The notes: a model not told the origin generated them from the letters alone. DNA of 64,000 bases from Mustelus asterias (GCF_964213995.1 NW_027590192.1:434001-498000); one strand, 5' to 3'. Counted from the first letter of the stretch, positions 51,163 to 64,000 are shown. A program made the numbers and translations.

Positions 51163-52005
51163 ATGGAGAAACCGTGGAAATGTGGGGACTGTGGGAAGGG
51201 ATTCAGATTCCCATCTCGGCTGGAAATTCATCGACGTATTCACACTGAGGAGTGGCCATTCACCTGCTCTGTGTGTGGCATGGGATTCACTTATTTCTCC
51301 AAGTTGTTGAACCACAAAGTCACTCTCACCAATGAGAGACCCTTTAAATGCTCCGACTGTGGGAGCAGCTTCAAAAGGTCGCAGGAACTGCTGAGACACG
51401 AGCGAATTCACACTGAGGAGAAACCGTTCAGCTGCTCTCAATGCTCAAAGAGATTTAGATCAACATCCAACCTGCAGGAACACCAGCGAGTTCACACCAG
51501 TGAGAGACCCTTTAAATGCTCCGACTGTGGGAGTGAATTCAAAAGGTCTCAGGATCTGAGGGACCACCAGCACATTCACACCGAGGAGAGGCCGTTCAGC
51601 TGCTCTCACTGCACAAAGAGGTTTAGAACATCATCCCACCTGCAGAGACACCAGCGAATTCACACTGGGGAGAAACCATTCACCTGCTCTGTGTGTGGGA
51701 AGGGATTCACTGATTCATTCAACCTGCGGGAACACCAGCGAACTCACATTGGGGAGAGGCCATTTATCTGCTGTGTGTGTGGAAAGGGATTCACCCGGGC
51801 ATCCAGCCTGCTGACACACCAGCGGGTTCACACTGGGGAGGGGCTGTTTACCTGCTCTCACTGTGGGAAGGGATTCACTCAGTTATCCAGACTGCAGGTA
51901 CACGTTCGAGTTCACACTGGGGAGAGACCATTCACCTGCTCTGTATGTGGAAAGGGATTCACTCAGTCAACATCCCTGCAGAGACACCAGCGAGTTCACA
52001 AGTGA
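51163..52005 (+). CDS. C2H2 zinc-finger protein, 10 finger units, second lacks its last His (ZNF-6)
   Basis: ATG of MEKPWKC at 51163 within ORF 51127-52005; acceptor-like cctttttatag|gatatc near 50808. Confidence 0.9.
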   Translation: MEKPWKCGDCGKGFRFPSRLEIHRRIHTEEWPFTCSVCGMGFTYFSKLLNHKVTLTNERPFKCSDCGSSFKRSQELLRHERIHTEEKPFSCSQCSKRFRSTSNLQEHQRVHTSERPFKCSDCGSEFKRSQDLRDHQHIHTEERPFSCSHCTKRFRTSSHLQRHQRIHTGEKPFTCSVCGKGFTDSFNLREHQRTHIGERPFICCVCGKGFTRASSLLTHQRVHTGEGLFTCSHCGKGFTQLSRLQVHVRVHTGERPFTCSVCGKGFTQSTSLQRHQRVHK

Positions 52006-52269
52006 TGACAGGAGTTGGATTCTGCTGTTATTGTTGCTGTTAACCACATCCAGGACTGAACCATGTTCATTCTGACACTTGGTGAAGTGGGAGGGTCGGA
52101 GGGTTTCTTTCTGCTGGACTGGCCGGTCTCACAACTTTGCTTCCAATGGGCTGATGCTCTTTGAGCCTGGGAGAGCACATTTCCACTGAAATGATCCACA
52201 AAAGCTGATGGAGGACATTTATTTTATCCTGGATAGTAAATAGTGTTTTTCCTACCACTACAGGTAGAT

Positions 52270-52890
52270 CAAAAATAAATACAGAAAGAACTGAAAAAAC
52301 ACAGCAGGTCTGGCAGCATCTGTGGAGAGAGAAACAGAGATAATGTTTCACGTCCAATGAAACTCTACTTCAGAACTAAAGAGAGGGAGAAATGTGATGG
52401 GTTTGATGCTGCTGAGAAAGGGGGGAGGGGCAGGGAGAACAAAAGGGAAAGTCAGGAATTGGTTAGGGGGTGGGTGAGATTAAATGACAAAAATATCCCG
52501 GAACCCAAGGCAAAGGGAGGGGTAATGTTTGTGGTAAAGAAACAAAGCATTGGTCCACAGTAAGTGTTAATGGCAGAATAAAGGACAGCTCTGTCTGGAA
52601 GCAAAAAACATGAAAACAAGGTGTAGACTGGCACTCGGCAAAACAAAACAAATCGAAATGTAGGAGAGAGTTCAGGGTGTGAAGTTGTTGACCTAAATGT
52701 TGAATCCAGAAGGCTGTAAAGTGCCTCATCGGAAGATGAGGGGCTGTTCGTCCAGCTTGTGTTGGGCTTCTCCGGAACATTGCAGCAGGCCGAGGACAGA
52801 AATGTGAGTGTGAGAGCAAGGTGGTGAATTCTAATGGCAAGCGAGCGGAAGGTCAGGGTGATGCTTGTGGGCTGAGCGGAGGTGTTCCAC
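52270..52890 (-). mobile_element. Second Penelope-like family, decayed GIY-YIG C-terminus plus 3' region
   Basis: Manual translation EHLRSAHKHHPDLPLACH*NS...HKLDEQPLIFR*GTLQPSGFN. Confidence 0.75.
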
Positions 52891-54247
52891 AAAGAGGGCA
52901 GGGAACAGGCTACAGATGAATTAAAGAGAAACCATTTGTGTCCAGAACATTGTGAACATCCTTTTACTCTGGTTGTCTTTGATCCTCAAGTCATTTTCTG
53001 TTTGTTTTAACCATGTTCTGTTTCATTAATAAACTTTTATCAGTAAAAATATTTGATTTTTCTGGACTTTTCCTGATGAGATTGATGCACTTTAGGGAAA
53101 GTGGGTGAGAGGGGTTGGCAGGCTCTTTAACAGAAAGTCATCCCTCTAAGGAATTGGCAAAGGAGCCAGAGGGGGAGATGAGATTTTATTTTTTGACACT
53201 GAGTTGTTCTGATCTGCCTGAAAGCAGATTCAATAGTTTACCTCCAAAGGGTAAAGACTTGAGTGGGAAGAATTTGGGGAAAAAACAGTGCAGTTGGATG
53301 AATCAGAGAGTTCTTTCAAAGAGATAACAGGAGGACGATGGGCTGAATGGAGTCCTCCTGTAGCCTGTCAATCTCATCCTCCAGCTTTTGTGCGTGTTAA
53401 AAGGGGCAGATTTCATTGCAGCCTCTTCCCTGTATATGTATTTAAAGAGACGAGTTTCTCTTTAGCTCTGAGTGACCGATATAACAATTGGTTGGAGGCC
53501 CATTTCTCACTCAGTCCTCCAGCACCTTCCTGTCTCTCGATTACTGCAACATACATTGCAGTTTTCCAACTGGGCCGCAGGCCTCATTATTCTCAGCTAA
53601 ATTCAGCCCTCAGCTCCGTCGCCTGGCTGTCATTGACAAGAGCAATAGAGAGACAGAAAGGTGCCCCAGGCTCAAATGGGAAGTCAAAACACAGGGCTTT
53701 GAATGAATTATTAGGATCTCTGTAATGATCAATAATTTAGAGAAATGAATTCTAAACTCAATGAGTAAATCAAAGAATCACATGACAAAACTTCAAGTTT
53801 TATGACTTCTCCTCCAACAAACTGGAAGCAACAATGACTAAACACTTTTTTGTCGGGAACATAACCCTTAAACTGTAAAATTGAACTTTGCCCTTTTACT
53901 CTTAACACCATCAAATGTCACACTCAATGGGTATATTTTATTCCATCTTGGAATGTTCACACTCAATTCTCCAAGAATGAGCCCAAAGTGATTCTTTACT
54001 CCCCAAGAGTTTATTTCCATTGTTTTCCTTTTCCAATCTGGCAACCTTTTAATCCCAGAACTGTCCTTCACAGTGATGGTTCTCCTGGACATTTTCCCAC
54101 GAACACAAGCAAGGTGAATCTTCCAGCCTTGTTTCACAATTCTCAGAAATTTGTGACCAACATTCGACATTGGAGCAGAAGTTGGCCATTTGGCCCTTTG
54201 AGTCTGCTCCACCGTTTATTTACATCATGGCTGATCTGTTTGTGTTG

Positions 54248-54841
54248 CGTTGTGGGAAATTTACCACTTCGGAGTCAGACTTGGAGGTTCAACAAAACAG
54301 TTTTATTTCGGACAAAGCTTTGGGAGAAAGCATTGGTACTCCGCAGTACTTGGCAGCGACCTTCTCAACTACACAATGGTAGTTGAGCATCTTTATACCT
54401 TTTAGACAATAGATAGTACAGACATTAGCCGTTAACACATCGTTACAAGTTGAGTAGGCAGATACGGACATCGACAATTAACACATCGTTCCAAGCAGAC
54501 AGGTACGGACATGGACAGTTAACACATCATTATACATAGAATGGATACATTTATGCAGTTATGTCCTCTATCAATGACTGGTTTTGATATATACATTTAT
54601 GTATTCATGTCTCCATCAGTGGCGGATTTTATCAAGCTCATTGTTCTGGGTCTGCTCTTATCTCAAGTCTTAAAGTGCCCCAGGTCTGACCAGCTTCCTG
54701 CAGCAATTCAGATACTGCAGGTTTTAACTCTTTGTGTAACTGTCTGTGCCCAAAGCCAGTGCCTTTTAATGTCCCTTCCCAGAGTCCATTTTGTGTGCCA
54801 GGTAACCATTTTGTGTCCATCATTTTAATTTCACCATAACA
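54248..54841 (-). mobile_element. Solo-LTR-like insertion in a CR1 3' UTR
   Basis: Short terminal inverted repeat (gttgtgggaaatt...aatttcaccataaca); flanking gttg(cgt) duplicated; minus-strand AATAAA near 54305. Confidence 0.6.
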
Positions 54842-55270
54842 GTTGCGTTCCACATTCTCGTTCCACACCCGATATTTTTGATGCCCTTATCCAACAACAG
54901 TTGGTATAAAGGCAAAATTCTGCTGTTGTTGGAATCTGAAACAAAAACAGAAAATGCTGGACAATCTCAGCAAGTCTGATATCATCTGTAAAGAGAGAAT
55001 AGACACAACATTTTGAGTCAGGATGACTTTTTGTCAGAGGTGAAGACAAGGAAAATTGGACAAAATTTATCCTGTGAGGGTCAAGAATTGGGAAGCAATC
55101 TATTAAACCTCCTCTGAACCACTCTCAATGCATTTGTATCATTTCTTAAATAGGAGACAAAACTGCAGCCCCTATTCAAGATGCAGTTTCAGCAACGCCC
55201 TGTATAACTGAAGCAGAACATCTTTACTTCTCTGTTCAATTTCTCTCGTAATAAAGGATTGCATTCCATT

Positions 55271-57126
55271 TGTAAGAACTTTGATTTATTTGAACTAAGA
55301 TTTATGGGGGTTCTCTTGTTTACAAAAACCTCCCTCATCGTAAATCACACCAGGTTCCAGTGTCTCAACCATGTGGCTAGACAGAACAATTTAAATGGTG
55401 AATTCAGAAAGTTAATTAACCATTAAAAATGTAACAAGTCAGAATGATAAAAGGCAAAGTATCGATTAACAGTTAATAGAGAAAGCTTAACATTAACAAT
55501 TGAACAGACTTCTCTCCATCCCTCTCAGACCAGGACATGAAGTGATGGCTCTGAAAACGTGGATAACTTGTAAAACCAACAGCTCTCCACACCTCTCTGT
55601 AAACATCTCTCCCTCCACCTCTCTCTACCAAATTGCCTTCTCAAGACCACTTTTTTATACTTTAAAAATGTCAAAAGCCCATCTTAGCCAATTCCCATAA
55701 ATCTTCAATTATAAACTAAAATAGACACGAGTTTTCAGATGATTTGAAAAGAAATGAACTGTCTGCTGAAAGGGTTAACTTTTCTACAGAACCTAAAGGG
55801 ATGGGGAGTGAGCAGAAAAAAATTGGCACACAATAATCCCACTTTACACAAGTATAAAAATCAAAACAAACTCGATTGTAAACTTCAGCTCTTAATTTTT
55901 TTGTTATATTCCACAACCTAATTATTTTTATTTGATCAGTTTTTGTTAGGGATGGGTAACTTCTGTTCTTTATAAACTGGTTCACTCATTTTGTTGATTC
56001 TCCATGAACTCGGAGAATCAGAACCCAGACTTTATCATCCTTATCCTTTTTCTCCCTTTGCCACCACTCCCTCTGTTTTGCGGGAGGGTCGTGGGGATTC
56101 CAATCAGAACTAATCATTTTATCATAAAAGTTAAATACTGCAGATTCTGGAATCTGAAACAAAAACAGAAAATGCTGGAAAATGTCAGCAGGTCTGACAG
56201 CGTCTGTGGAGAGAGAATAGAGCCAATGTTTCAGATATGGATGACCCTTTACAAGAGCTGTTATGAAGTGTCTTCCAGACTCGAAACGTTGGCTCTATTC
56301 TCTAATAATTTTATCGATAAGTTTCTTGTTCTTAGTTTCCAAATAGCAGGTAAGAGATCTGTCCAGTCCCCACTCAAGTTCTGATTTTTCACTGGCCATG
56401 CTTGGGTCAGTTTATAACCATTAGAATCTACTCTGAGGTCTGCTTTTCAGTCCAGTGCTATTTGGAGTATACCGTTACTTCACCGACTAACGGGTCACAA
56501 GTCCCTCAAAGTTCTTATCACAAATTTGGGATAAAATAATTTAAATAATGCCTGAGAACGCTTATTAACTTCTTAACCAACTATCTGCCACTGTTTGTTG
56601 ATTGGTCAGACCTCCTCTTCACAGATTCGGGTATCTCAGCCGCTGAACACCAGCCGGTCCTGGAACAAGTTTAATTCTAACTCATTCTGAGTAAATATTC
56701 TCACCAGCTCCTCTGTCAGGGCCCTGCTAAGCAGCTTTAATGGTCCGTGATTGCAGAAACTGAGCAGTCACAGGAATGTGGTCAAGATAGTCCAGTCCCA
56801 TAATGCCTCACATTCAATCTGCAGTCCTTCAATTATAACAGAATATGTGGCTGTATGTAGCTGCCTCGGCCATGGTCAACCCCAACACTGCCTTCTTGAA
56901 CTGTTATAATGCCTGAGGTGTAAGTACACCCACAGTGCTGTTAGGGAGCGATTTCCAGCTACACATTCCAGACTTTCACGAGACTGTAGGTGGATTCCAG
57001 ATTGATATATTCCATTCAACCACACCCAAGGTGAGTTATTGCAATTTCTTTATTGTCCAGGATAATATATTCACAATATCTTTAAAACAGAAATTAAACA
57101 TTCCCATTTGATTTCAGGTATTAACA
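55271..57126. mobile_element. LTR-like repeat, TGT...ACA ends, ~1.85 kb including a small nested repeat
   Basis: Begins tgtaagaac, ends gtattaaca; several homologous copies in the window; no coding capacity. Confidence 0.5.
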
Positions 57127-57711
57127 TATTCTGTTAGTTTGTTCTTTATTGTCAATGTCAGGCTGGGGTTGTTCCCCTTGGAGCAAAGGAGGTTGAGGGG
57201 AGATTTGATCGAGGTGGACAAGATTCTGACAGGTTTAGATAAGGTGGACAAAGAAAAGCTGTTCCCATTAGCTGATGGGACAAGGACGAGGAGGACACAG
57301 ATTTAAGGTTCTGGATCAGAGATGCAGGGGGGATGTGAGGAAGAATATTTTGATGCAGCGAATGGTAATGACCTGGAACTCGCTGCCTACGAGGGAGGAG
57401 GAAGTGGAGACAATAAACAATTACAAAGGAAATTGGATGGACATTTGTGGGGTTTCAAACAGAAATGCTGACTAATTATCTCTTAACCTCCAAATAACCT
57501 GTCACTCTGTGATCCTTGTGAAATCTGAATCCAGGTATTCACAAAAGGCTCAAAGAGCATCGGCCCCCTGGACGAAAAGTCATGAGACCGGCCAGTCCAG
57601 CAGAAAGAAACCCTCTGACCCTCCCCATTGATCAACTGTGAGAATGAACAAAATGCAGTCCTGGATGTAATTGAGAGCAGAAACAATCACAGCAGAATCC
57701 AACCCCTGGAA

Positions 57712-58300
57712 TCACTCGTGAACTTGTTGATGTTTCAGCAGCTGAGATGAAACTATGAATCGCTTCCCACACTGAGAGCAAGTGAACGGCCTCTCCCCAG
57801 TGTGAACTCGCTGGTGTCTCTGCAAGTCTGAAGACTGAATGAATCCCTTCCCACACAGAGCAGGTGAACGGCCTCTCCCCAGTATGAACTCGCTGGTGTC
57901 TCCGCCATTCAGAATACAAAGCGAATTCCTTTCCACACTGAATGCAGATATACGGCCTCTCCCCAGTGTGAACTCGCTGGTGTGAATGCAGGTGGGATGA
58001 TTGACTGTAATTCTTCCCACACTGAGAGCAGGTGAACGGCCTCTCCCCAGTGTGAACTCGCTGGTGTGTCTGCAGGCTGGATAACCGAGTGAATCCCTTC
58101 CCGCACTGAGAGCAGGTGAATGGTTTCTCCCCAGTGTGAACTCGCTGGTGTTGCTGCAGGTGGCCTGACTCAGTGAATCCCTTCCCACACTGAGAGCAGA
58201 TGAATGGTCTCTCCCCAGTGTGGCTGCGCCGATGAGCTTCCAGCTCTGATGGGGCTCTGTATCTCTTCCCACAGTCTGCACATTTCCATGGTTTCTCCAT
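57712..58300 (-). pseudogene. Frameshifted 7-finger C2H2 gene (ZNF-7); 5 fingers in frame
   Basis: ORF 57632-58300 leaves the finger frame at FTCSVWEG (2-bp loss near 57856); fingers 6-7 continue in ORF 57712-58335. Confidence 0.8.
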
Positions 58301-59989
58301 GGCTCAGATGGACAATCAGTTAAAGCTCCATCCACACACAGAACACGGGTAGAGTCTCTTCCCTTTGGGAATGGTGTGATATTTATTCAGGCTGTGTAAC
58401 TGGTTAAACCTCTTTATTCAGTGCACTGGAATACTCTCACTTGAGTGTGGCAGTGTGTTGGTGCTTTTCCAGACTTACTGGTGTTTGAAATCTTTTCAAA
58501 TCGGCAGACTGGATAACCATTCCTCCTTCTAGACTCAAGGCCGATGATATTCAGGTCCAAAGGAATTTGACTCTGTCAGATCTGGACATGACGTTTGAGA
58601 TTTCGGCCTGTGATTCCTCTTTCAATATCCTGTAATATCCTCCTAGATTCAAAGGCCGATGTTAAGGTCCCGATGAATTGGGAGACTCTGTCAAATGTTG
58701 ACTTTTGTCTGTAAATCCTCACCTTCTGATATCCTGTAAAAGGAGTTTACAAAAGAAATCAGAGTCAGTACAGGATAGAAATTCAGAACAGACAATTCTA
58801 GTTTCTATTGAATATTCTTTCCTTTCTCATTCCCCAAAAGCTGTAAATCTCCATCCCACACACTCTCCCTCAATTCTCACTCTGCTGTATCTAATATTCA
58901 CCCTCCCAATTCTCCTGAAGGGACCAATTCTTGCTGACCAACAGATCCATGCTCACCGATTTTATGTGTTAACTGGACTAAAAAACCCATGTAATACACA
59001 GTATTGTGTTACTGGATATATGGGGGATGAGTGGAAGAACTTGATTTCAGCAGCATGTGGAAGTGGAGGTAGATGGCACCAGAAGGTAATAAACTGGCAA
59101 ATTTACTTGCAATGGGGATATGGAGGGGTAACGGGACTGACTGAATGTAACCAGGACTTGAAAATTATGAGAGGCCGAGAAAAGGTAAAAAGGACTGACA
59201 TGTTTCCCACAGTCGAGGAGCGATTAACAGGGAACATAGGCATAACACTGAAAATGTCAGAGGTCAAGAGTCTGATGAAGGGTCAACCAGACTTTAAATG
59301 TTGGCTCCATTCTCTTGCCACTGATGCTGTCAGACCTGCTGAGATTTTTCAGCATTTTCTGTGTGTTTTTTTCAGATTGCAGCATCCGCACTATTTTGCT
59401 TTTTTGCATAGATTTAAAGTGACTGGTAGATGGTTTACAGGGGGCAAGAGGAAAAACCTTTTCTCCCAGAGGGAGGTCAGCATCTCAAATGCAGCCGAAG
59501 TTGAGATGAAGCTGAAACGAGATTCGGCATGGACTTGTATTACTGAATGAACTCCTTCTGTGCTGTAATGACCAAGACTGGAAATGTATAACATATCTAC
59601 AGTATTATATTACAAAACCAGACATAATAATAAATGTATTTCATTACAGAACCATAAATAATACATCTAATCTGTCCCATAAACAACACTAGACATATCT
59701 CTGTCCTATATTAATTTATTGTCCCCTTAAATGTCAGTCATCTCCTGGGGAAACCAGCGCTTTAATTCGGAAAGAGACCATGCTTTGAGCCAGACAAATA
59801 AATGTGTCAAGCTGCGGGAGCAAAGGATGTCAATGTCTTTGAAAGAGAGAGACCTGGGCCAACCTTTCCAGAGTCTGCAGCGTCCCTGGATTCACTTCGT
59901 TTCCCTTCAGTTGCTGCAACTCCCCAATTTCCCCCCAGAATGAGAAAAGAAATGGAAAGGGGGAGAAAAGAAAGTGTTTTACTCACAGA

Positions 59990-60545
59990 TGCTGACGACA
60001 GGAGGAAGTTTGAGTCTGTCTGTACTCAATCTTCATTCACAGAGAGAGCAGCAGCTTTCCGGGTGAACAAGCTCATTGTCCTGTTTCCGCGTTCAGACAA
60101 TGGGGAAGGTCTGGTTGGCGGCAGGAGAAACTTACTTCCGGTCCTCCAAGTCTTCCCATTGGTCAATACCTCAGCATTGACGTCGGGGGGGAGTGGGCCG
60201 ATCTCCGCACATGCGCAATTGCCCCTCTCCCTTGGACATGCGCAGTCCCTGGTAGTGGGGGGGAGATCACCGAGCGGCTTCTCGCTCTGGCCGGAGCCGC
60301 CAGCCGGTTGCCTGGAAACCTTGGCTCGAGGAGGTGCTGGGGGAGGGGAACATGGGTGGGGGCGGGGTTCCCGCGTCCGCTCGCCGAGCCTGCGCACTGG
60401 AACCCCAGGACGTCATCGCGGAGCAGGCTGATGTCTATTGGTTGATTCAGGCAGGGCTCCGTTGTGACGTCACCGTGCGGATGTTGTCCAATGAGCTTCA
60501 GACCGAAACTCCCTCCTCTGCACCATCTGGGAGGAAATCAATGTT
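59990..60545. promoter_or_regulatory. CpG-island promoter paralogous to 17216-17720
   Basis: gcacatgcgca and acatgcgca NRF1-like motifs, GC box, CRE tgacgtca near 60465, cttccgg ETS-like motif. Confidence 0.65.
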
Positions 60546-60917
60546 TTCCCCTTTCCATTTCTTTTCTCATTCTGGGGGAAATTGGGGACTTGCAGCAACT
60601 GAAGGGAAAGGAAGTGAATCCAGTCTGTACATTCCACACATTGTTACTCCAGTCATATAGACATATATCTGTCTGGCCGCCTGCATGGAGATTTCCAGCT
60701 CTCTGTGTCCAGGGCAGGCGATTCCCTTCTTTTTGAGGTCTGCCCATTTTGATCTGTCCCACATTTAATTTAATTTGGTCCACTTGTTTTGCCAAAAAGA
60801 TTAACAGAATAGTTAGTGATTTCTTTCAAGTTTAATTGTTTTGCCAAAAAGATTCAACAGAATGTTTATTTGTCCTCAGTTGATTTGGTTTAGTTTAATT
60901 GTTTTACCGAAAAGATT

Positions 60918-61445
60918 GACAGGAAGCAGTGAGCATGGATCTGTCAATCAGCCTCAATCAGCACCTTCAGGAGAATTGGGAGGGTGAATATTAGATACAG
61001 CAGAGTGAGAATGGAGGGAGAGTGTGTGGGATGGAGATTTACAGCCTTTGTGGAATGAGAGGGGAAAGAATGTTCCTTAGAAACTAGAATTATCTGTTCT
61101 GAATTTCTATCTTGTACTGAGTGATTACTTTTGTAAACTCCTTTTACAGGATATCAGGTGACAGAAATCTCAAAGCAAACGTCCCGTCCTCACTCAATTC
61201 ATCAGGATCTGATTATCATTGGCCTTTGAATCCAGAAGAAGAAATGCTTCTCTGTACCGTCTGCTTCAGAAAGTTTTAAACATCAATGGGAGTGGCAAAT
61301 CACCGAGACACACACATACTCGAATGAGAGTGTTCCAGTGCACTGACTGTGGAAAGAGCTTTAACTAGTTACACAGCCTGAAAAAATATTACAGCATTCA
61401 CAGCGGGAGAGACTCTACTCGTGTTCTGTGTGTGGATAAGGTCTC
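60918..61445 (+). pseudogene. Truncated ZNF gene relic (ZNF-8): short exon, intron and decayed leader fingers, no finger ORF
   Basis: Homologous to 37809-38345 and 50700-51120 but ends before MEKPWKC. Confidence 0.7.
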
Positions 61446-61539
61446 AACTTTGAATCAAAATAATTCTGTGATTTCTTTTACTCATTCGTGGGACATGGGC
61501 GTCGCTGGCTGGCCAGCATTTATTACCCATCCCTAGTTG

Positions 61540-61880
61540 CGGCACGGTAGCACAGTGGTTAGCACTGCTCCAGGGACCTGGGTTCGATTCCCGGCTTGGG
61601 TCACCGTCTGTGTGGAGTTTGCACATTCTCCTCGTGTCTGCGTGGGTTTCCTCCGGGTACTCCGGTTTCCTCCCACAGTCCAAAGATGTGCGGGTTAGGT
61701 TGATTGGCCATGCTAAAATTGCCCTTAGTGTCCTGAGATGCGTAGGTTAGAGGGATTAGTGGGTAAAATATGCATGGGTATGGGGATAGGGCCTGGGTGG
61801 GATTGTGGTCAGTGCAGACTCGATGGGCCGAATGGCCTCTTTCTGTGCAGTAGGGTTTCTATGTTTCTATGGTTTCTATG
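61540..61880 (+). mobile_element. HE1-like SINE
   Basis: Nearly identical to 47154-47500 with a small head deletion. Confidence 0.9.
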
Positions 61881-62004
61881 AGTCAGAAGGTTTTTGTTTT
61901 AGTTTAGTTCGGGCACCATGATCGGTACATCATAGAGTACATATGGAGAAGGAAAGGAGAGGGATTCAATGTAGAAGTATTGAACAATCTGGAATCAGTG
62001 CTTA

Positions 62005-63445
62005 TAAGAACATAAGAACTAGGAGCAGGAGTAGGCCATCTGGCCCCTCGAGCCTGCTCTGCCATTCAATAAGATCACGGCTGATCTTTTCGTGGACTGA
62101 GCTCCACTTACCTGCTTGCTTACCATAACCCTTAATTCCTTTACTGTTCAAAAATTTATCTATCTTTGCCTTAAAAACATTCAATGAGGTATTTATTTTG
62201 TTTGAGACTCTCCCACTCGTGAAAATATCTCACCATCTACCTTGTCAAGCCCCCTCAGGATCTTATATGTTTCAATCACCCCTTTGTCTTCAAAACTTCA
62301 AGGAACACAGACCATGACAATTTCCTCCCTCTTGATAGGACAACCCTCCCATCCAGGAATTAGCCTGGTGAATTTCCTTTTGGACTATGTTGAATATTAC
62401 TGTATCCTTGTTTATGGAAGGGGATGAAAACTGTATGCACTATTCCAGGTGAGGCATCACCAACACACTGTACAGTTGCAACAAAACCTCCCTGTTTTTA
62501 AACTCCAACCCCTTTGCAATAAAAGCCAAAATGCCATTTTCCTTCTTACCTCATGTGGGACCTGCCTGCTAGCTTTTTGTGATTCATGCACAAGAACACC
62601 AAGATCCCGCTGTACTTCACTCACCGGCAGCCCCTTTCCATTTAGATCATCATCCTGTTGATTCCTCTGACTGAAATACATGACCTCACACTTTAAACTC
62701 CATTTGCCATGTTTTGGAGACAGAGGGGTGACTTTATTGCATCTTCCCCAACTCTTGACTCATCTTTCCCAGGCCCTATCCCTGTAGCCCCACATTTTCA
62801 CCCCACTAATCCACCTAATCTACATCTATAGGGACACAAAGGGGCAATTTAGCATGGCCAATCAATCTAACCCACACATCTTTGGACTGTGGGAAGAATC
62901 TGGAGCACTCAGAAATCCACACAGACATGGAGAGAATGTGCATACTCCACACAGACTGTCACCCAAGGCCGGGATTGAACCTGGGTCCCTGGCACTGTGA
63001 AGCAGCAGTGCTAACCACTGTGCTGCCGTGGCGCCCTTTTTAAATAAACTACAAGTACAGATTTCTCTTGATCTACCCTCCTTCTCACATCCTCAAACAA
63101 TTCAAGGAAATTTGTCAAACATGATTTACCTTTCATAGAACAATGTGGACGAGGTTTGATTATATTCAGCTTTCCTAAATGATTAGCTATTTGCTCTTTG
63201 GTTATTGACTCCAGCGTCTTGCCAATAATAGATGTTAAATTAACTGACCTATAGTTCCCTGCCTTCTGCCTTCTCCCTTTTTGACCAAGGTCATCACATT
63301 GGCTGATTGCCAATCTTCTGATACTCTCCCGGAATCTAGGGAGTTACGAAAAATTTCAACAAAATTCTCCACAATCTCTTCAGCAACCTCCATTAAAAGC
63401 CTAGCGTGCAGTTCATTGGATCCTGGTGACTTGTCCACCCTTAGC
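62005..63445 (-). mobile_element. Mosaic of CR1 fragments with a nested HE1-like SINE (~62770-63035)
   Basis: ORFs 62002-62184, 62457-62681, 63011-63313, 63235-63438 carry CR1 motifs. Confidence 0.8.
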
Positions 63446-63509
63446 CACTGAAGGGAAAGGAAGTGAGCCCAGTCTGTATATTTCAGACATTTTTGGTCCA
63501 GTCAGAGGG

Positions 63510-64000
63510 TAGTTCCAGCTGATTGGAAAACGGCTACTGTTACGCCGCTGTTTAAAAAAGGAAGTAGACAAAAGGCGGGTAACTACAGGCCGGTTAGCTT
63601 AACGTCTGTAGTTGGGAAAATGCTGGAATCCATCATTAAAGAAGGAATAGCAGGCCATCTGGATAAGAATGGTTCGATCAAGCAGACGCAGCATTGATTC
63701 ATGAGAGGAAAGTCGTGTTTGACGAACTTACTGGATTTTTATGAAGATGTGACTAGTGCGGTTGACGGAGGGGAACCAGTAGATGTGGTGTTTTTGGATT
63801 TCCAAAAGGCATTCGATAAGGTGCCTCACAAAAGGTTGCTGCAGAAGATTGGGGCACACGGAGTTGGGGGTAGGGTGTTAGCGTGGATTGGGGATTGGCT
63901 ATCTAACAGGAAGCAGAGAGTTGGAATAAATGGGTGCTTTTCTGGTTGGCAGATGGTGACTAGTGGCGTGCCGCAGGGATCGGTACTGGGGCCTCAACTG
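63510..64000 (+). mobile_element. CR1 RT region running off the window
   Basis: [32 protein letters not shown]. Confidence 0.9.

Noticed and set aside
53370-54165. Non-repetitive-looking stretch with ORFs 53288-53725 and 53868-54212
   Set aside because: No motif recognised; could be decayed retroelement interior.
58705-59550. 281-aa ORF
   Set aside because: Antisense read through the ZNF intron module plus CR1 and repeat scraps; no domain.

Overview
Eukaryotic DNA, almost certainly from a cartilaginous fish (shark-like), inferred from HE1-type tRNA-derived SINEs and dense CR1/HER1-like LINE fragments. The window is a cluster of C2H2 zinc-finger genes with no visible KRAB or other effector domain: 6 intact ORFs starting MEKPWKC, 1 frameshifted copy and relics. 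They form four consecutive head-to-head pairs, each around a CpG-rich promoter-like block with NRF1-type GCGCATGCGC motifs. One pair lies in a ~7.2-kb inverted duplication (23784-31855 / 35583-42790). The rest is CR1 LINEs, SINEs, Penelope-like (GIY-YIG) fragments with hammerhead cores, a Tx1-like fragment and LTR-like repeats. The most unusual element is a 333-bp U2-snRNA-headed, hairpin-rich retroposed element (49312-49644) with a strong A-to-G bias that suggests A-to-I editing before reverse transcription. A less-edited piece of the same element is fused to a Penelope fragment at 24490-25342. All alignments were done by eye and repeat boundaries are approximate.
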